In this document: positions 1 through 13,160 of the stretch, in pieces | Numbering within the stretch: the first letter of the stretch is position 1 | Layout of the letters: every line of letters starts with the position of its first letter | NCBI RefSeq assembly: GCF_036321535.1 | Contig: NC_087447.1 | Span: forward strand, 47,742,001-47,806,000 | Direction: 5' to 3' | Origin: Camelus dromedarius | Taxonomy: Eukaryota | DNA: 64,000 bases | Notes under the pieces: generated by a model | What the model was told of the DNA's origin: nothing | Seen by the model: the letters and a program-made list of their open reading frames with translations, nothing else | The model's database searches: none | Made by a program: the position numbers and the translations under genes

Positions 1-477
1 TATTTTTTTTCAGTCAACAGGGATAAAGCCAGAGAAACTGCACATCTAACAAGTTCCCAATTGGAATCAGAGAATTATAATTATAAAACTACTCATCCTT
101 CCTGGAATGTCCCACCAAAAACAAAAACAAAAAAAATTAAATCAATTTATATATATAGTTTTTAAAGTTACATACACATAAAAGAAGGAAAAGAACACTT
201 AAAAACAAATCAGACCACCACATTCTTACTCTTCCAACAAGGTTGTGTTAAAAATAAAAATAAATTTGAAAGACTACCCATTATTTCACTGATTTTCAAC
301 CTACAAATAATCTACTCAGTTATTCAGGGTTGATTATCCAATTGACAATTTCCTACAGCTTAGAAATCCACCTCTCATACAGTATCTCTTAGCATTATTT
401 CCTGGAATGCTGAAGGTCACTTCCTGGAAGGCCTAAGATCTGAAATGCATTATTAAACAACTGTGTTAACTCCTAGG

Positions 478-640
478 ACAGCAGTTCTCATCCTTACTTA
501 CAAATATGAATCACCTGCAATGCTTTCAAAAATATGTATGTCCAGATCTCTCCCCCAAATCAACCAACTCTGAATCTTAAGAGCAGGGCCAAGCATCTGT
601 AATGTTAAGTGTACAGGTGACACTTATGCAATGCACTGTT
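478..640. mobile_element. MER5-type hAT-Charlie DNA transposon remnant
   Basis: cagcagttctca...gaatcacctg...ctgaatct...gcatctgta...caggtga pattern typical of MER5. Confidence 0.6.
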
Positions 641-2989
641 AGCATCGAAATCTGAATAGGCTACGTTTAATTCTAGGAATACAATATATTGCAAAGACGA
701 CAAGGTCATCACACTGTGATGGGAATATTCAGGAATTTGGAAAACCTCTACGATCTTCCTCAACACATAACCATTCCTTCCCTAATACCTCATTCCACTT
801 CCCAAAGCCACAGGAGTTGGGGAGCATCACCCCTCAAATTGATTAAACGCAGTCTAAAATAGAGCTTTTTCTCTAGTTACATGTGTTGACCAACTGACTT
901 ATTTCAATTGGACATCTTTAAACTTCTTTGCCTTTCAGCTCTTGGTGTACTATAAATAATGAGAAAAAATGTTGTCAAAATGAGTTACCTGAAAAGAGAT
1001 CGTTTTAATCACAAAAAAATTAAAATCCAAGTTGATCATGAATAGGCCCTAAGATGAAAAGAGTTACAAGAAACCTTCCAATGGTTTTATAACATCCTTT
1101 AAGTAGTATTAGGTCAACTTAGTACAAATTGAATGATGATAGAAGATTATTATGTCCTCTCATTTTTCAAAAGTGTTGATCCCACAACACACACACACAC
1201 ACAAAAATACCTAGAAAAGAGAGGGTTAAAAAAACGCCACCTAAAAATGCATTTTCAAGTAAAAAAAATCACTTCCCTTAAGATTTATAAATATTAATCA
1301 GGTTGACAAAATCATTTTGTCAGGAGGCCCATAATCAAGTTCACCTTTGAGAAGTACAACTTTAAATGTTTTCATCTATGATATATCATGTTTAAGATCT
1401 AATTTAAAATGCCAAGTTTTCTTTGCCAGGAAAAGACTAGGAGACATTCATTAGTCAGATAATCTTTTATTAAAGTAGAACACATACTCTTTTGAGATCA
1501 TGGCAGAGAACACATATCAAACATTTTAATCAAATGAAAATTTCTGCTATTTCTATAGAATGCAAATAAAAGCTAACACAATTTATTACTATATTATTTG
1601 TCTTTAAACATCATTACTGCAAAATTCATCTTATTCCTCATCTTGAATTACACTGTATATTTAAAAGATAGTACATTATAAATCTTTCACAGCCTTCTAC
1701 CTGGCACAGCTACTCACATAAAATTAAACACTGCAGTCTTTTTCCTTGCTTTCTTCTTCCTGTTTAAAACAATACTAGTGTATAACATATAGGAGGTTTG
1801 AAGTCTTAATTTTAATACATGTGAACTAATGTATCAAGACTAGACTTAAATCAATGTCAAAAGACACTACATTAACAAAATAGGCCATTGTCAAAGCCAT
1901 TTTTAAAATTTTAACAAAGTTTTACAATTAGTTACTATTATTCATGTATATTTTTATAAACTAATGAAACTTTGAAAATCTGAATATTTTACTGAAAGTA
2001 AATTTATAATTATTCTCTTCTCAGAAAAATATTTGTCCTCATGCATATAGCTAATCAAAATGAAACAATGTAACTGGCTAATAGCCACTTACTTTCTACG
2101 AAAGAAGCATTTCAGTAACTTTTGTTAATTTATTGGCTTCAAACTTGTAAAGAAGAAAATTTTTATTAAATTGAGTTTACTAACATAAAGTATCATGAGA
2201 TTATACACATTTCCATCACCCAGTATAAGCTGATTCTAAGCTATCTGCGGAGTATGTTTTATTTTAGGTATGCTGCCCAAAAGTCAAAAGTAAAGGTAAT
2301 TAGGTAGCCAGAAAAAACCTTGCTGTATAGCAAGGCTTTAGCTCTATTCAGAAACAGTGTCCTTCGCTCTATCACAACAAAACTGCCTAGTCTTAACGTA
2401 TAACAACAACAACAACAAAGATAAGGCATTTTTGAATGAAAATATCTCAAAATACAATCTAAGCCCCAGACATAATTATTGGAAGAGCCAAGAGATCCCT
2501 AAAAATCCACTTTTTCACACAACCCTTCAACCCACCCTGGATCTTAAAAAAAACATGAAACGCCAGACAGTGTATCTTCCACTCCCGTACTGATCAGCCA
2601 GACTGAAATATCTGCAAGGCACTGAATCTTACACTTCTTTCTTTGGTATGTATTCTAAGCGGTAGTTCTCGAAACAAGACACTCCCTCCAGAATATCTGG
2701 ACATGGTGGGCACTGAAAACGTGTGCCCCCAATTACAATAATCCCGAGTGAAAGACATCTGTCTTTCACTTTCAAGAAAACTGAGTACAGCTATCAAAAC
2801 CAGGGAAAAGATGTTTCTATATTCAATGGATTCCTACCAAGATATAATAAAGGCTGAAAAAATATCTACATAGGTTTTCTCACTGCTTGGAAATACTATG
2901 AAATTTCACTGGATTTCAAATGATATATCACACACCAATAGTTTTTAAGGAGCCAAAGAACTTACTTAAATTTTATAGTCAGTCACAGT

Positions 2990-3135
2990 ACCAGGTTCAA
3001 ACCAAGCTGTTGCACTGCTTAGTTCTCTGATCTTGGGCAAGTCACTTAACCAATCTGAGTCTCAGTCTCCTCATCTATAAAATGGGAACAACAATGATAA
3101 TTATGACGATGATGATGGTGGTGGTGGTGGTGATG
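2990..3135 (+). mobile_element. MIR SINE core followed by (GAT/GGT)n microsatellite
   Basis: gatcttgggcaagtcacttaacc...tgagtctcagtctcctcatctataaaatggg is the MIR core. The triplet run explains the poly-His ORF 3046..3300. Confidence 0.85.
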
Positions 3136-3184
3136 ACAGAATGCATAGTTTCTGGGAGGCACTGAGATATAATTAATGTACAAC

Positions 3185-3478
3185 AACAAGGGTTGACAAG
3201 GATATGAAGAAATCAGAATCCTCATACATTGCTGTTGGGAATATAAAATGGTACAGTCCCTTTGGCAAACAGTCTCGTAATTCCTTGAACATTTAAACAT
3301 AGAGTTAAGATATTACTTAGCAATTCCACATCTATATACCCAAGAGAAATGAAAATATATGTACATGAAGAAACTTGTACATGAATGTTTACAAAAGTGT
3401 TATTCATAACAGCCAAAAGTGAAACAACCCAAATGGCCATCAATTGATGAACAGATAAATAAAATGCCATGTATCCTA
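3185..3478 (+). mobile_element. Old L1 fragment (ORF2 end / 3' UTR)
   Basis: cctcatacattgctgttgggaatataaaatggtacag...cccaagagaaatgaaaatatatgt...aaacaacccaaatg. Confidence 0.85.
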
Positions 3479-4145
3479 GAAATAAAAGTAAAAATAAAAA
3501 ATGAGACCTAATCAAACTTACATAATTTTGCACAGCTAAGGAAATCACAAACAAAACAAAAAGACAACCTACGGAATGGAAGAAAATATTTGCAAATGAT
3601 GTGACCAACTAAGGCTTAATTTCCAGAACATACCAGCAGCTCATACAGTTCAGTATCAAAAAACAAACAACCCAATCAAAAAATGGGCAGAAGACCTAAA
3701 TAGACACTTCTCCAAATTAGACATACAGATGGCCAACAGGTACATGAAAAGATGTTCAACATTACTAATTATTAGAGAAATGCAAATCAAAACTACAATG
3801 AAATATCACGTCATTGCAGTCAGAATGGCCATCATCAAAAAGTCTACAAATAATAAATGCTGGAGAGGGTATGGAGAAAAAGGAACTGTCCTACACTGTT
3901 GGTGGGAATGTAAATTGGTGTAGCAACTATGGAAAATAGTATGGAGGTTCCTTAAAAAAGTAAAAGTAGAACTACCATATGATCTGATAAACCCCCTCCT
4001 GGGTATATATCTGGAGAAACTCTAATTCCAAAAGATACATGTATCCCAAAATTCACACCAGCACTGCAATATTTGCAATAACCAAGACACGAAAACAACC
4101 TAAATGTCCATAAACAGATGAATGGATAAAAAAGATGCGGTGTGT

Positions 4146-4189
<44 letters not shown>

Positions 4190-4637
4190 GAATTATTACT
4201 CAGTCATAAAAAAGAATGAAATAGTGCCATATGCAGCAACATGAATGGACTGTTGATAAAATTATCATATTAAGTGAAGTCAGTCAGAGAAAGACAAATA
4301 TATGGTATCACCTATATCTGGAATCTAAAAAATGATACAAATGAACTTATTTGCAAAACAGAAAGAGACAGACATAGAAAACAAACTTATGGTTACCAAA
4401 GGGAAAAGGAAGGGAGGGATAAATTAGGAGCTTGAAATTAACAAATACACATTACTATATACAAAACAGATAAACAACAGAGACCTACTGTATGGCACCG
4501 GGAACTATATTCAATGTCTTGTAATAACCTATAATGGAAAAGAATCTGAAAAAGTATATACATATATATGAATCACTCTGCTGTATACTAGAAACTAACA
4601 CAACATTGTAAATGAACTATACTTCAATTAAAAAAAA
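3479..4637 (+). mobile_element. 5'-truncated L1 with ORF2 C-terminus, 3' UTR and A tail; internal (CA)n at ~4148-4187
   Basis: ORF 3729..3923 ([22 protein letters not shown]...[22 protein letters not shown]) is the L1 ORF2 Cys-rich C-terminus. The element ends aactatacttcaattaaaaaaaa. Confidence 0.95.
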
Positions 4638-4639
4638 TT

Positions 4640-6480
4640 GTCAAGCCAGAATTCATTACCCAGCAATTATACCCAGCAAAATGAAGACTAAATAATGAAA
4701 TTTTCACATAAAATACAACTAAAATAGTCACCAGCACACCTGAACTTCAAGATATGCTAAAGTTCTCCAAGGTGAAAGGAAATGATACAAGATGGAAACT
4801 CAAAACACCAGAAAAGAATAAAAAGCACTGAAAATGGTAAATATCTCGGTAAATAGAAAAGACTTTTTAAATTTTTGCCTTTTTCCTTTTAATTTATTTA
4901 CAAACCATATAAAGTTAAAAGCAAAAACTGTAATATTGTCTTGGGTTTATAATGCATGTATATGTAATGTAAATAACCACTTTAACTTAAAGGAAAGAAG
5001 AGTAGATATGGACCTAGACAGATACAACACTTCTACAATTTATCTGAAGTGGTAAAATACTAACTGCACATAGACAGTAAATAGTTAAGGATGTATATTT
5101 TAACCCTGAGGGCAGCTATGAAAAATAATAATACACAGATATACAGCAAAAAACCAACAGATCCAAGATACATATATGTTAGGGAAATATGAGAACTCTA
5201 TGTCATTCTTGAGTGACATCCTCTGATCATTCCTTGAATTAGACTTATTATTATTATTATTAATAATAATAATAATAATAATGAGTATGACTCAAGGAAT
5301 GACTAGAGGATGGCACCCTTCTTCTATCACCTTTAATATTTTATATTATAGATGCCACAAGCAGAGGCAACAAAAGAAAAAATAAACAAGTGAGATTACA
5401 TCAAATTAAAAATTTCTCCGCAGCAAAAAAAAAAAGCCATCAACAAAATGGAAAGGCAACCTACACAACAACAGAAAATATTTGCAAATCATATCTGATG
5501 AGGGACTATTATCCAAAACATAAAGAATTAACACAATTCAATAGATAAAAACAATTTGATTTAAAACTGGGCAGAGAATATAAAGAGACATTTCTCCAAA
5601 GAAGAAATACAGACAGATGGCCAGATAAATGAAAGGTCCTCAAGATTACTAATCCTCAGGGAAACACAAATCAAAACCACAAAATCACCACAGACACTTG
5701 TTAGAATGCTTATTATCAAAGGAAAAAAATAACAATATTTGATAGTTGCTAAGAGAGTAGATCTTATAAGTTCTCATCACAAGAAAAAATTTGTAACTAC
5801 ATGTTATGATAAAAGTTACTTATTGTTATCATTTGCAATATATGCATATATCAAATCCTTATGCTGTATATCTAAAATGAAAAGACTGTTATATGTCAAT
5901 TACATCTCAGTTTAAAAAATGTTACAATATAAAGCAAAAAAGTAAAAAGTGGTATATCCAAACAATGAGGTTAAAATAAAGACATTTTCCAATGTGTGAA
6001 AGCTAAGAGAATTGTCACCAGCAGAATTGCACTAGAAATGCTGGAGGAAGTTCTTCAGCCTAAAAGGAAATAATACCAGGCAGAAACACAAACCTATGTG
6101 TTGGTCTCAAGAAGGAAAGAAAAGAGTCAAAATTGGTAAATCCAAAAGAGTTTTTTGCTCAATAACATATTTTCCAAAAATAAATGAAGTATGAGTGAGA
6201 AAAAAATTGTTTTTTCCTTCTCTTAATCTCTTTAATAAATAACTGTTTAAATAAAAACTAACACTGTATTTTAAGGTTTTAAACAGTATGTATCACAAAG
6301 TCTGGGATGGAATAAATAGAATTGGATTGTTTTAAGTATCTTAAGTGGCATGGTATAATATACTATTAACTCTAAGTATACAATGATAGATTAAAGATGC
6401 ATGATGTAACACCTAAAACAACCACTTGAAAAACAGATAGGTATAGCTTAAAATGCAAGAGAAGAAAATGAAATACTGAA
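4640..6480 (+). mobile_element. Cluster of old L1 fragments (ORF1 end / inter-ORF and ORF2 3' pieces)
   Basis: A-rich L1-like motifs: caccagcacacctgaacttcaagatatgctaaa; atcaaattaaaaatttctc...gaaaatatttgcaaatcatatctgat; agagtagatcttataagttctcatcacaa. Interrupted by the foldback at 5213-5316. Confidence 0.75.
5213..5316. repeat. Imperfect inverted repeat (36-bp arms) around a (TTA)6/(TAA)7 core
   Basis: 5213-5248 matches the reverse complement of 5281-5316 at 29/36 positions by hand alignment, without gaps. Confidence 0.9.
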
Positions 6481-8269
6481 AATATTTTAGTTCAATACAG
6501 CTGAGAAAATTATTATATAAAATACCTCTACAGTAAAACAGGTAAAAGAATTTCCCATGGAGAAAGTTGGCTAATAATGCAAAATACATTCTACCACAGA
6601 AACAATACTTTAAATGATAACTATGATGTAAAACCTTTGAATACAGTTAATTGAATAAAATTTGCACCTGGACAAGAATCTAACCACCTAATGTTTGCTT
6701 CTTTGGGGACAAAACAGTTCCACAACACAAAAAGAAAGGAAGATAAAGTACACAGAGCAAGTTTCCCTAACTCTGAACTACACCCAGCTTGAGACCAGTC
6801 ATTTTAGGAAGAAAATCTTGTGAATTAAGTATTCTTAATACCTGGAATACTTGGCATACATTAGAAATAAACTGTAAAGCCTGATGATGAAAATAACTTC
6901 ACCAAAAATGAATTAAAAGCCAAAAATGACATTCGAGCATCAACTAATATAAAGTCTTATTTATATTAGTTGCAAATGCAATAAAATACTTACTTAGACT
7001 GAATCATTTAATTTTAGTTTTCAGAGTAGATAATATTCACATAGTTCCAAATTTAAAACTTACAAAAAAAGGAATACAATAAAAAGTGTCTGCTTCTAGC
7101 CCCCTTCTCCAGTCCCCAATGTGCGGGGGAATAACACTAAAATATAATCAGGGGACACAAATTCCCAATTGTTTCCTGTGGGACCACAGACATGGTAACA
7201 CTTTCTGTAATACAAGAAATAACATTTTCTTTTTGAATTGGGATTATTTCAAAGTTCACAAAACAGAAAACACCTGGATGACAAGACACTTGTACACGAA
7301 TGCCAACAAGGAGATCAAATGGAATGGTAAAATAAAGCATGACCAAGGAATACTGTGAGGAAACAATAAAATGAAATAAAAATATCAACTAAGGTTTTAT
7401 TAAGTTAGTCCTGACCAACACATGACAGGAAATCTGAAGCAGTGGAACAAAAAAGAGGGTTACAAGCTTTTGTGCCTTGTTCCCAAATTAGTCACTCAAG
7501 AGCCAACAGCACAAACCAGACTTACAAACTAACTCCTGCTTATGCATCAGATCATTCCTGAAGACTGACACCAACAAAACAGAACAGCATCTGTAGGATT
7601 CAAATGAATATTCGAAGAATTTACAAAGAAAAACACCAACTTACCATGACCCGCCTCCTCAGGTAAAAGGTTTCATACTTGATACTTTCAAGACTGAACT
7701 GCCAATCCTCAATTATTAAAGGGAAAATATTCAGCTAGGAGTAATTCTCTCTCTTATTTGTCCTTCCCTGCTTTCAGCTTGGCCACTTTACTACTTATTA
7801 ATTCTTTCCCCTGAGAAGTAAAAGGAGTTCAGAAAAACGGAAACTGCCTGGAGGGCCCTCAGACCACCATTTTCCCAAATTATCAGAAGACCAGAAGTGG
7901 TAAGATATTTAACCACTCTAGTATTCCTAAGAGGAGAATCCTAAGAGGTCATTGGCCTACTGGCCCATTACCTATGGTAAATACAAAAACCTACTCCTGA
8001 CCTAAGACACTGAACTCAAAAGAAGTTGAGAGGAGGGGATACAAATGGCTTCTGAGGAGTCTCTTATTCTCAGTCTGCTTGGGACAACTGGAATTCCAGC
8101 TATTTTTCACAATCTAATGTCAACACATTTTTTACACTTTATGAGAAACAGTAGGAGTAAATTAGAAATGGGTCCCCGTGGCAAAAAGATCAAGCAGTAA
8201 TGTAGAAAAGCCGTATTACCGCCACCAATATCTATTTCTTGCTGGCCAAGATCACCTCTCCAAGAAGGT

Positions 8270-8560
8270 AATCATATTCTCAGGCTCCTTTGCAGCCAGG
8301 CTGCAGGGGCCTATGGAGCAAACTCAGCCAATGAGATATAAGGGGAAAGTCTTTGGGGATAATTTCTGGTAGAAACTGTCTTCCCCAATAAAAGGGAAGG
8401 AGGGGAGGTAGGGAGGGAAAATTTGCATGAGGAGTAACTGTCCTTCCCTTCTGTTTTTCCACCTAATGTTGTATGAGAATAGCATGTTTGGAATTGCAGA
8501 AGCCATCCAGCAATCATGAGGAGAATCACTATCAACACAGAAAGATGGAAGTCCTGGCTC
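8270..8560. mobile_element. MLT1-type (ERVL-MaLR) LTR remnant
   Basis: caggctcctttgcagccagg...ctcagccaatgagatataagggg...gcagaagccatccagcaatcatgagg resembles MLT1 consensus features. Confidence 0.6.
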
Positions 8561-8694
8561 TGTTTTAAAAAAAATTCTCCCTCTCATGATTTACATCACT
8601 TTTAAATTCTAATTTGAAAAAATACTGGATTGAGAAGCAATAATGATTGCTGATGAATGAAAAAGACCTGAGTCCAGTACCTGAACTGCTACTT

Positions 8695-9212
8695 CCAGTT
8701 TGCATCATCTCTAAAACAACACTGATGCAAGACACATTATGTTCCACTAAGAAAAAATGCTTCCAATTAAATTGATACAATGCCCTATCACTTACAATTT
8801 TTATTCACACTTATTAAAAGAGCTCTTTGAAACTTCATTAGTTAGATTTTTAGCATGTATTACTCTTGTGCACAGTTTTAAAAAGATAAATGAAATAAAC
8901 TAGTGCATAAACTGGTCACATTCAGGTTCAAACTCTTCTGAATCCCTTATTTGAATCAGTCATTGATATCCATGTTTTTCCACACAATATCATCTTCTGT
9001 GCCATCAAAATCCCAGGTGATCCAACACTTGTATTCAAACCATTATCTGTGGGACTTTCTTCCAAGCCTACTAATAGCTACTCTGCAAGTTCTGCATATG
9101 AAGAATAAATGACAACGCATCACAACCAAAAGCAATTGTAAGATGTATCCAGATTTCAGAAATATAAGAATGTTAAAAAAAAAAGTGCTTCTTAGAATTA
9201 ATAAAACACAGT
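8695..9212. mobile_element. Kanga/MER104-like TcMar-Tc2 DNA transposon remnant
   Basis: The reverse complement of the right end reads ctgtgttttattaattctaagaagcac...tttctgaaatctggatacatcttacaat, resembling the recalled Kanga/MER104 terminus. A degenerate other end lies near 8700. Confidence 0.6.
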
Positions 9213-9269
9213 AACTTATTTTGTTATCTTGTATAAGACAACATCCTGTAGCTACCAATAGTGAATACC

Positions 9270-9460
9270 TACCATGTTTGGTATTTCACCTATCTCATTT
9301 AACTTTTACTGAAAAGCAGAAAGGTAGATATTAACCTTATTTTATATACATGAAATATGAGGCTCAGAGAATGTTAGTAACTTATTCTAAATTACCCAGC
9401 TAATAAGTGGCAGAGCTAGGTTTCAATTGTTGATCTATCTTCAAAGTCCTTACTCTTTTT
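9270..9460 (-). mobile_element. MIR SINE
   Basis: gaaatatgaggctcagagaatgttagtaactt...cagctaataagtggcagagctaggtttcaa. Confidence 0.8.
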
Positions 9461-9524
9461 ATCACTTCACTTATCTCAAAGTTTACATAATGCACAGAAG
9501 AATCACCTCAGGTGATTCCTCCAC

Positions 9525-10400
9525 AGAGTGGGAAAAATACTGCAAATACTGCAAATATCTGCAAATCATATAGCTGATAAGATAAACAGATAAAGAACTC
9601 TCACAATTCAATAAGAAAAAAACAAATAACCCAATTAAAAATGGGCAAAGGATCTGAATACCCAAAGAAGATATACAAATAGCCAAGAAGCACATGAAAA
9701 AATGCTAAACATCATAAGCTATTAGGGAAATGCAAATCAAAGCCACAATATGATACCACTTCACACCCACTAGAATGGCTATAATCAAAATACAAACAAT
9801 AACAAGCACTGGTAAAAATGTGCAGAAACTGGAACTTTCATACATTATAGTTAGCAGGAATATAAAATAGTATAGCCACTTCAGAAAACACTTCGAAAGT
9901 TCCACAAAAAGTTAAATATAGAGTCACCATGTGACCCAGCAATTTCACTACTAGGTATATACCCAAGACAAATGAAAACATAAGACCACAAAAAAATTTG
10001 TTCAAAGGAGCATTATTCATAATAGCAAAAGAGTCCATCTGATGAATGGATTAATAAAATGTAGTATATCCATAAAATGGAATATTATTCTGCCATAAAA
10101 AGAATGAAGTACTAATACTATAACATGGGTGAACGTTGAAAACGTTATGCTAAGTAAAAGCCAGTCACCAAAGGCCACATATTGTATGATTCCATTTATA
10201 CAGATTCCACCTCTATAAAGAGAGAAAGTAATTGCTTAAGGCTGGAGAAGATGACGGGAAGTGACTGCTGACAGGTAAAGTCTTTTGTAGAGGGTACAAA
10301 AATGTTCTAAAGTATGGTGATAGCTGTACAACCCTATGAATATACAAAAAACTTTGAATGGGCTAACTGTATGGTAAGTGAATTAGATCTCAATAAACCA
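9525..10400 (+). mobile_element. L1M(B)-type 3' fragment
   Basis: aagcacatgaaaaaatgctaaacatc...gaaatgcaaatcaaagccacaatatgataccacttcacacccactagaatggct...gaattagatctcaataaa. Confidence 0.9.
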
Positions 10401-10782
10401 TTTTTTTTAATCCTCTAGACCAGATAACCTCTAAGTTTCCTTTCTAGATATAATGGTCTCTGAGAAAATGAAAAAAGTCCCAGAGCTTCCATCAACAGAT
10501 TTCAGAATCCAATCCCCAGGGACTCCCATGAATCTACAGTTTAAGAGTGGGTAACATATAATACAGTAATTCCTCATTTGATGTCACTAGACCTCCAGAT
10601 GTCTACAAAGGACAGGCGCTTCTTGAGCCAGTTTCAATTTTTCAAAACATCTGTGACAAACCATACATATTTTTCTCTGAAGTAATGTTTAAGAAAACAA
10701 ATTATTAGTTAAAATGTACTTTTTGATAGGCAAAATGTTTCCAAAAATGAGACCCGTGATGAGTTTCTTGGTTAAAAGCATG

Positions 10783-10827
10783 GGAAATACAGATACAGGG
10801 AATACAGATACAGGAAATACAAATATA
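10783..10827. repeat. Three tandem copies of a 15-bp unit
   Basis: ggaaatacagataca gggaatacagataca ggaaatacaaatata. Confidence 0.85.
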
Positions 10828-12241
10828 GCACACTAGTATAGAAATTAGGAGAAATGACTTAAGAGTCCACCTCAGTATGATTCACTTCATATCAGCCATG
10901 CCTTGGTTTCCATTTTTATCTATAAAATCAACAAATGTGATAGTATCTACCTGACTCTAAAATTCTATAATTTTTCAATATTATATAATGACTTCCTAAA
11001 AATGTCTGCTAAGAAGGTAGTTTTTAATATTCTGGGTCCCTGCAAAGAACTTTCTTTACTGACTCTATCATAATAAATAATAAATACATTAATAAACAAT
11101 ACATAGGCTGTAGTATTTAGAAACTTACTTATAAGTGGCCTAAGAAAGCAAACAGAGAATAAAAAAATAATAAACTAAAAAGAAAGTAAAGCGTGCTTGT
11201 CTACTGCTGACAGCAAAAGTCAACAGGAAACACTTTAGTATAAAATCTCCCCAGAGCATGGAATGTCCCTGATTAACAACAAATGAGTTATCTTTTCTTC
11301 TCATACTTTACTCCCAATACACCAGCTTCCACATGCATCCTTGGAACAAATGAACTGAATAAGGGGAGGAAAGCAAAGGAAAAAACTGTATCATAATTGG
11401 TCTCCTCCCTTCAAAATTCCAGAAGAGGAGAAGGGGGGAGGGGAATGGGAACTAACCATAACCCAGTATAAAATTTTCCTATTTACAGCTTAATGCATTG
11501 TGGTCTTTTTTTTTTTTTTAACTTTTTAAACTTTTTTTAAAGTCACAAAAACTGTTCTCTGTCTACTCACTTCTTTTTGTTAAAAATGAAAAATATCTGG
11601 ACTTTTTAGGGTGAATTAATACTAATTTAAATTGAGCATAACACTTGTGGAGGGGGCATCAGTGAGAAGGAGAGCTGTTTGTGGGATTTTGGAGAACAGG
11701 GTGGTGGGAGCCTCAAAAAGGGAAAAGCAGTCAAGATCCTTTGCAACATAATACATATAAAATCCAAGTTCAGAGATTTCTAATGAATTTTTAAAAGGTC
11801 ATTCCACTTGCTAGGACAGACCAAAAAAACCAAACCACCGCCTCCTAAAGCAATTACAGTTATCACAAATACCAAGAGTAGGTAATTTTCAACTTCCAAT
11901 TCAATATTATCATTTTTTTAAAAAAGTAAATCAGAAACCTGAACTCATGTTTAGGAGGTAATATAGTATTCTGTTCACAACTACATTGGAATGAAGGGAT
12001 TCATCCTATTTATTTAATACAAAAAAGAACACACTGAGTCCTTTAAAGTAATAAAGGATTCACTAATTCTTGAAGCATCAACAGTCTCCATATTTACGCA
12101 TTATATATAAAAACAGATATACTCTACATCAAATACCCACAGTCCATTTTAAAGTGCCTACATGAATCAAGGTAAAACACAAGCTCAACAGACACCACTA
12201 TAACCCCCTACAAAGAGAGCTTATAAAATATCTCACCAAGT

Positions 12242-12366
12242 GGGGAGGATACAGCTCAGGGGTAGAGTGCGTGTTTAAAATGCACGAGGTGCTGGGTTCA
12301 ATCCCTGGTACCTCCAGTTAATAAATAAATAAACAAAAAATCCTAATTACCCTCCCCCCCAAAAAA
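12242..12366 (+). mobile_element. tRNA-Ala-derived SINE (Vic-1-like, camelid type)
   Basis: ggggaggatacagctcaggggtagag (A box)...gggttcaatccc (B box)...tacctcc, then (AAAT)n, cctaattacc-C-run and an A tail. Confidence 0.88.
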
Positions 12367-12409
12367 TTCACCTAAAAACAAATAAGCTATATTAAAATAT
12401 AAACAGTTA

Positions 12410-13160
12410 CATTCATTTAACAATTCTGCCAGCTTAAACAAAGGGTAGAAAGACACAGAAATGAATAAAACTTAGCTTCTGACTTCAAGGAATCCACAAG
12501 AGAGGGGAAGCCAGAAGCATGTGAAAAATCAAAATTCTTTAAGATCACAGAGAAGATCAAACTTGCCAACTTAGTTAATAACCAGAATTTGCCAAGTGAA
12601 AATTGGGAGCAAAGGTATCAACAGGCAAGGAGAACAGCACAAACAAAGCCATGAATGTAGAGAAAACAACTAGATAACCAGAAGTCCTGAGTGGCCAGGG
12701 CAGGGAGAATAAGGAGGGAGGATGCATGGGCATGAAATGGTAGTAACTACGCCAGGAAATGAAGCTTGTAGCTAGGCTGCAAAGGGCCATACATGCTATG
12801 ACAAAGTGTTTGGTCTTTATCCAGAAGATCAAAGAGAACCTGATATATAATAAGCAATGTTACTAGAAAATTAACTGGTAACAATGTGGAAGACAGATTT
12901 AAAAGGGGAGACTGGGAAGTGGAAGATGAGAACACTGCTGCAATAATTAGGATATTACTGCAACAATGCAAGTGAAATGTGATACAGTCAGGAATAATAC
13001 AAACAACTAAACAGTAGCAGCAGGAGCAACAACCTACATCAACTTAGCAGTGACTGTGTGTCCATGTATTTGACTATAAGCCAAGCTACAGGCAATAGGG
13101 GAAATAGAGAAAAGAATGTCAACAAGAAGTCTTCAGAATATAATCAACAGGACTTAATGA
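12410..13160 (-). mobile_element. L2 LINE remnant
   Basis: attcatttaaca...acagcacaaacaaagccatgaatg...gggccatacatgctatgacaaagtgtttggtctttatcc typical of antisense L2. Confidence 0.7.

Noticed and set aside
1304..1322. Palindrome TGACAAAAT-C-ATTTTGTCA
   Set aside because: Arms of 9 bp in AT-rich DNA are expected by chance in a window this size.
2704..2790. H/ACA snoRNA interpretation (hairpin, ACAATA hinge, hairpin)
   Set aside because: The hairpins are far too short, there are no pseudouridylation pockets, and the motif is antisense to the host gene.
3729..3923. L1 ORF2-like peptides here and at 51634-52088 as active genes
   Set aside because: Truncated and frameshifted fossil L1 fragments.
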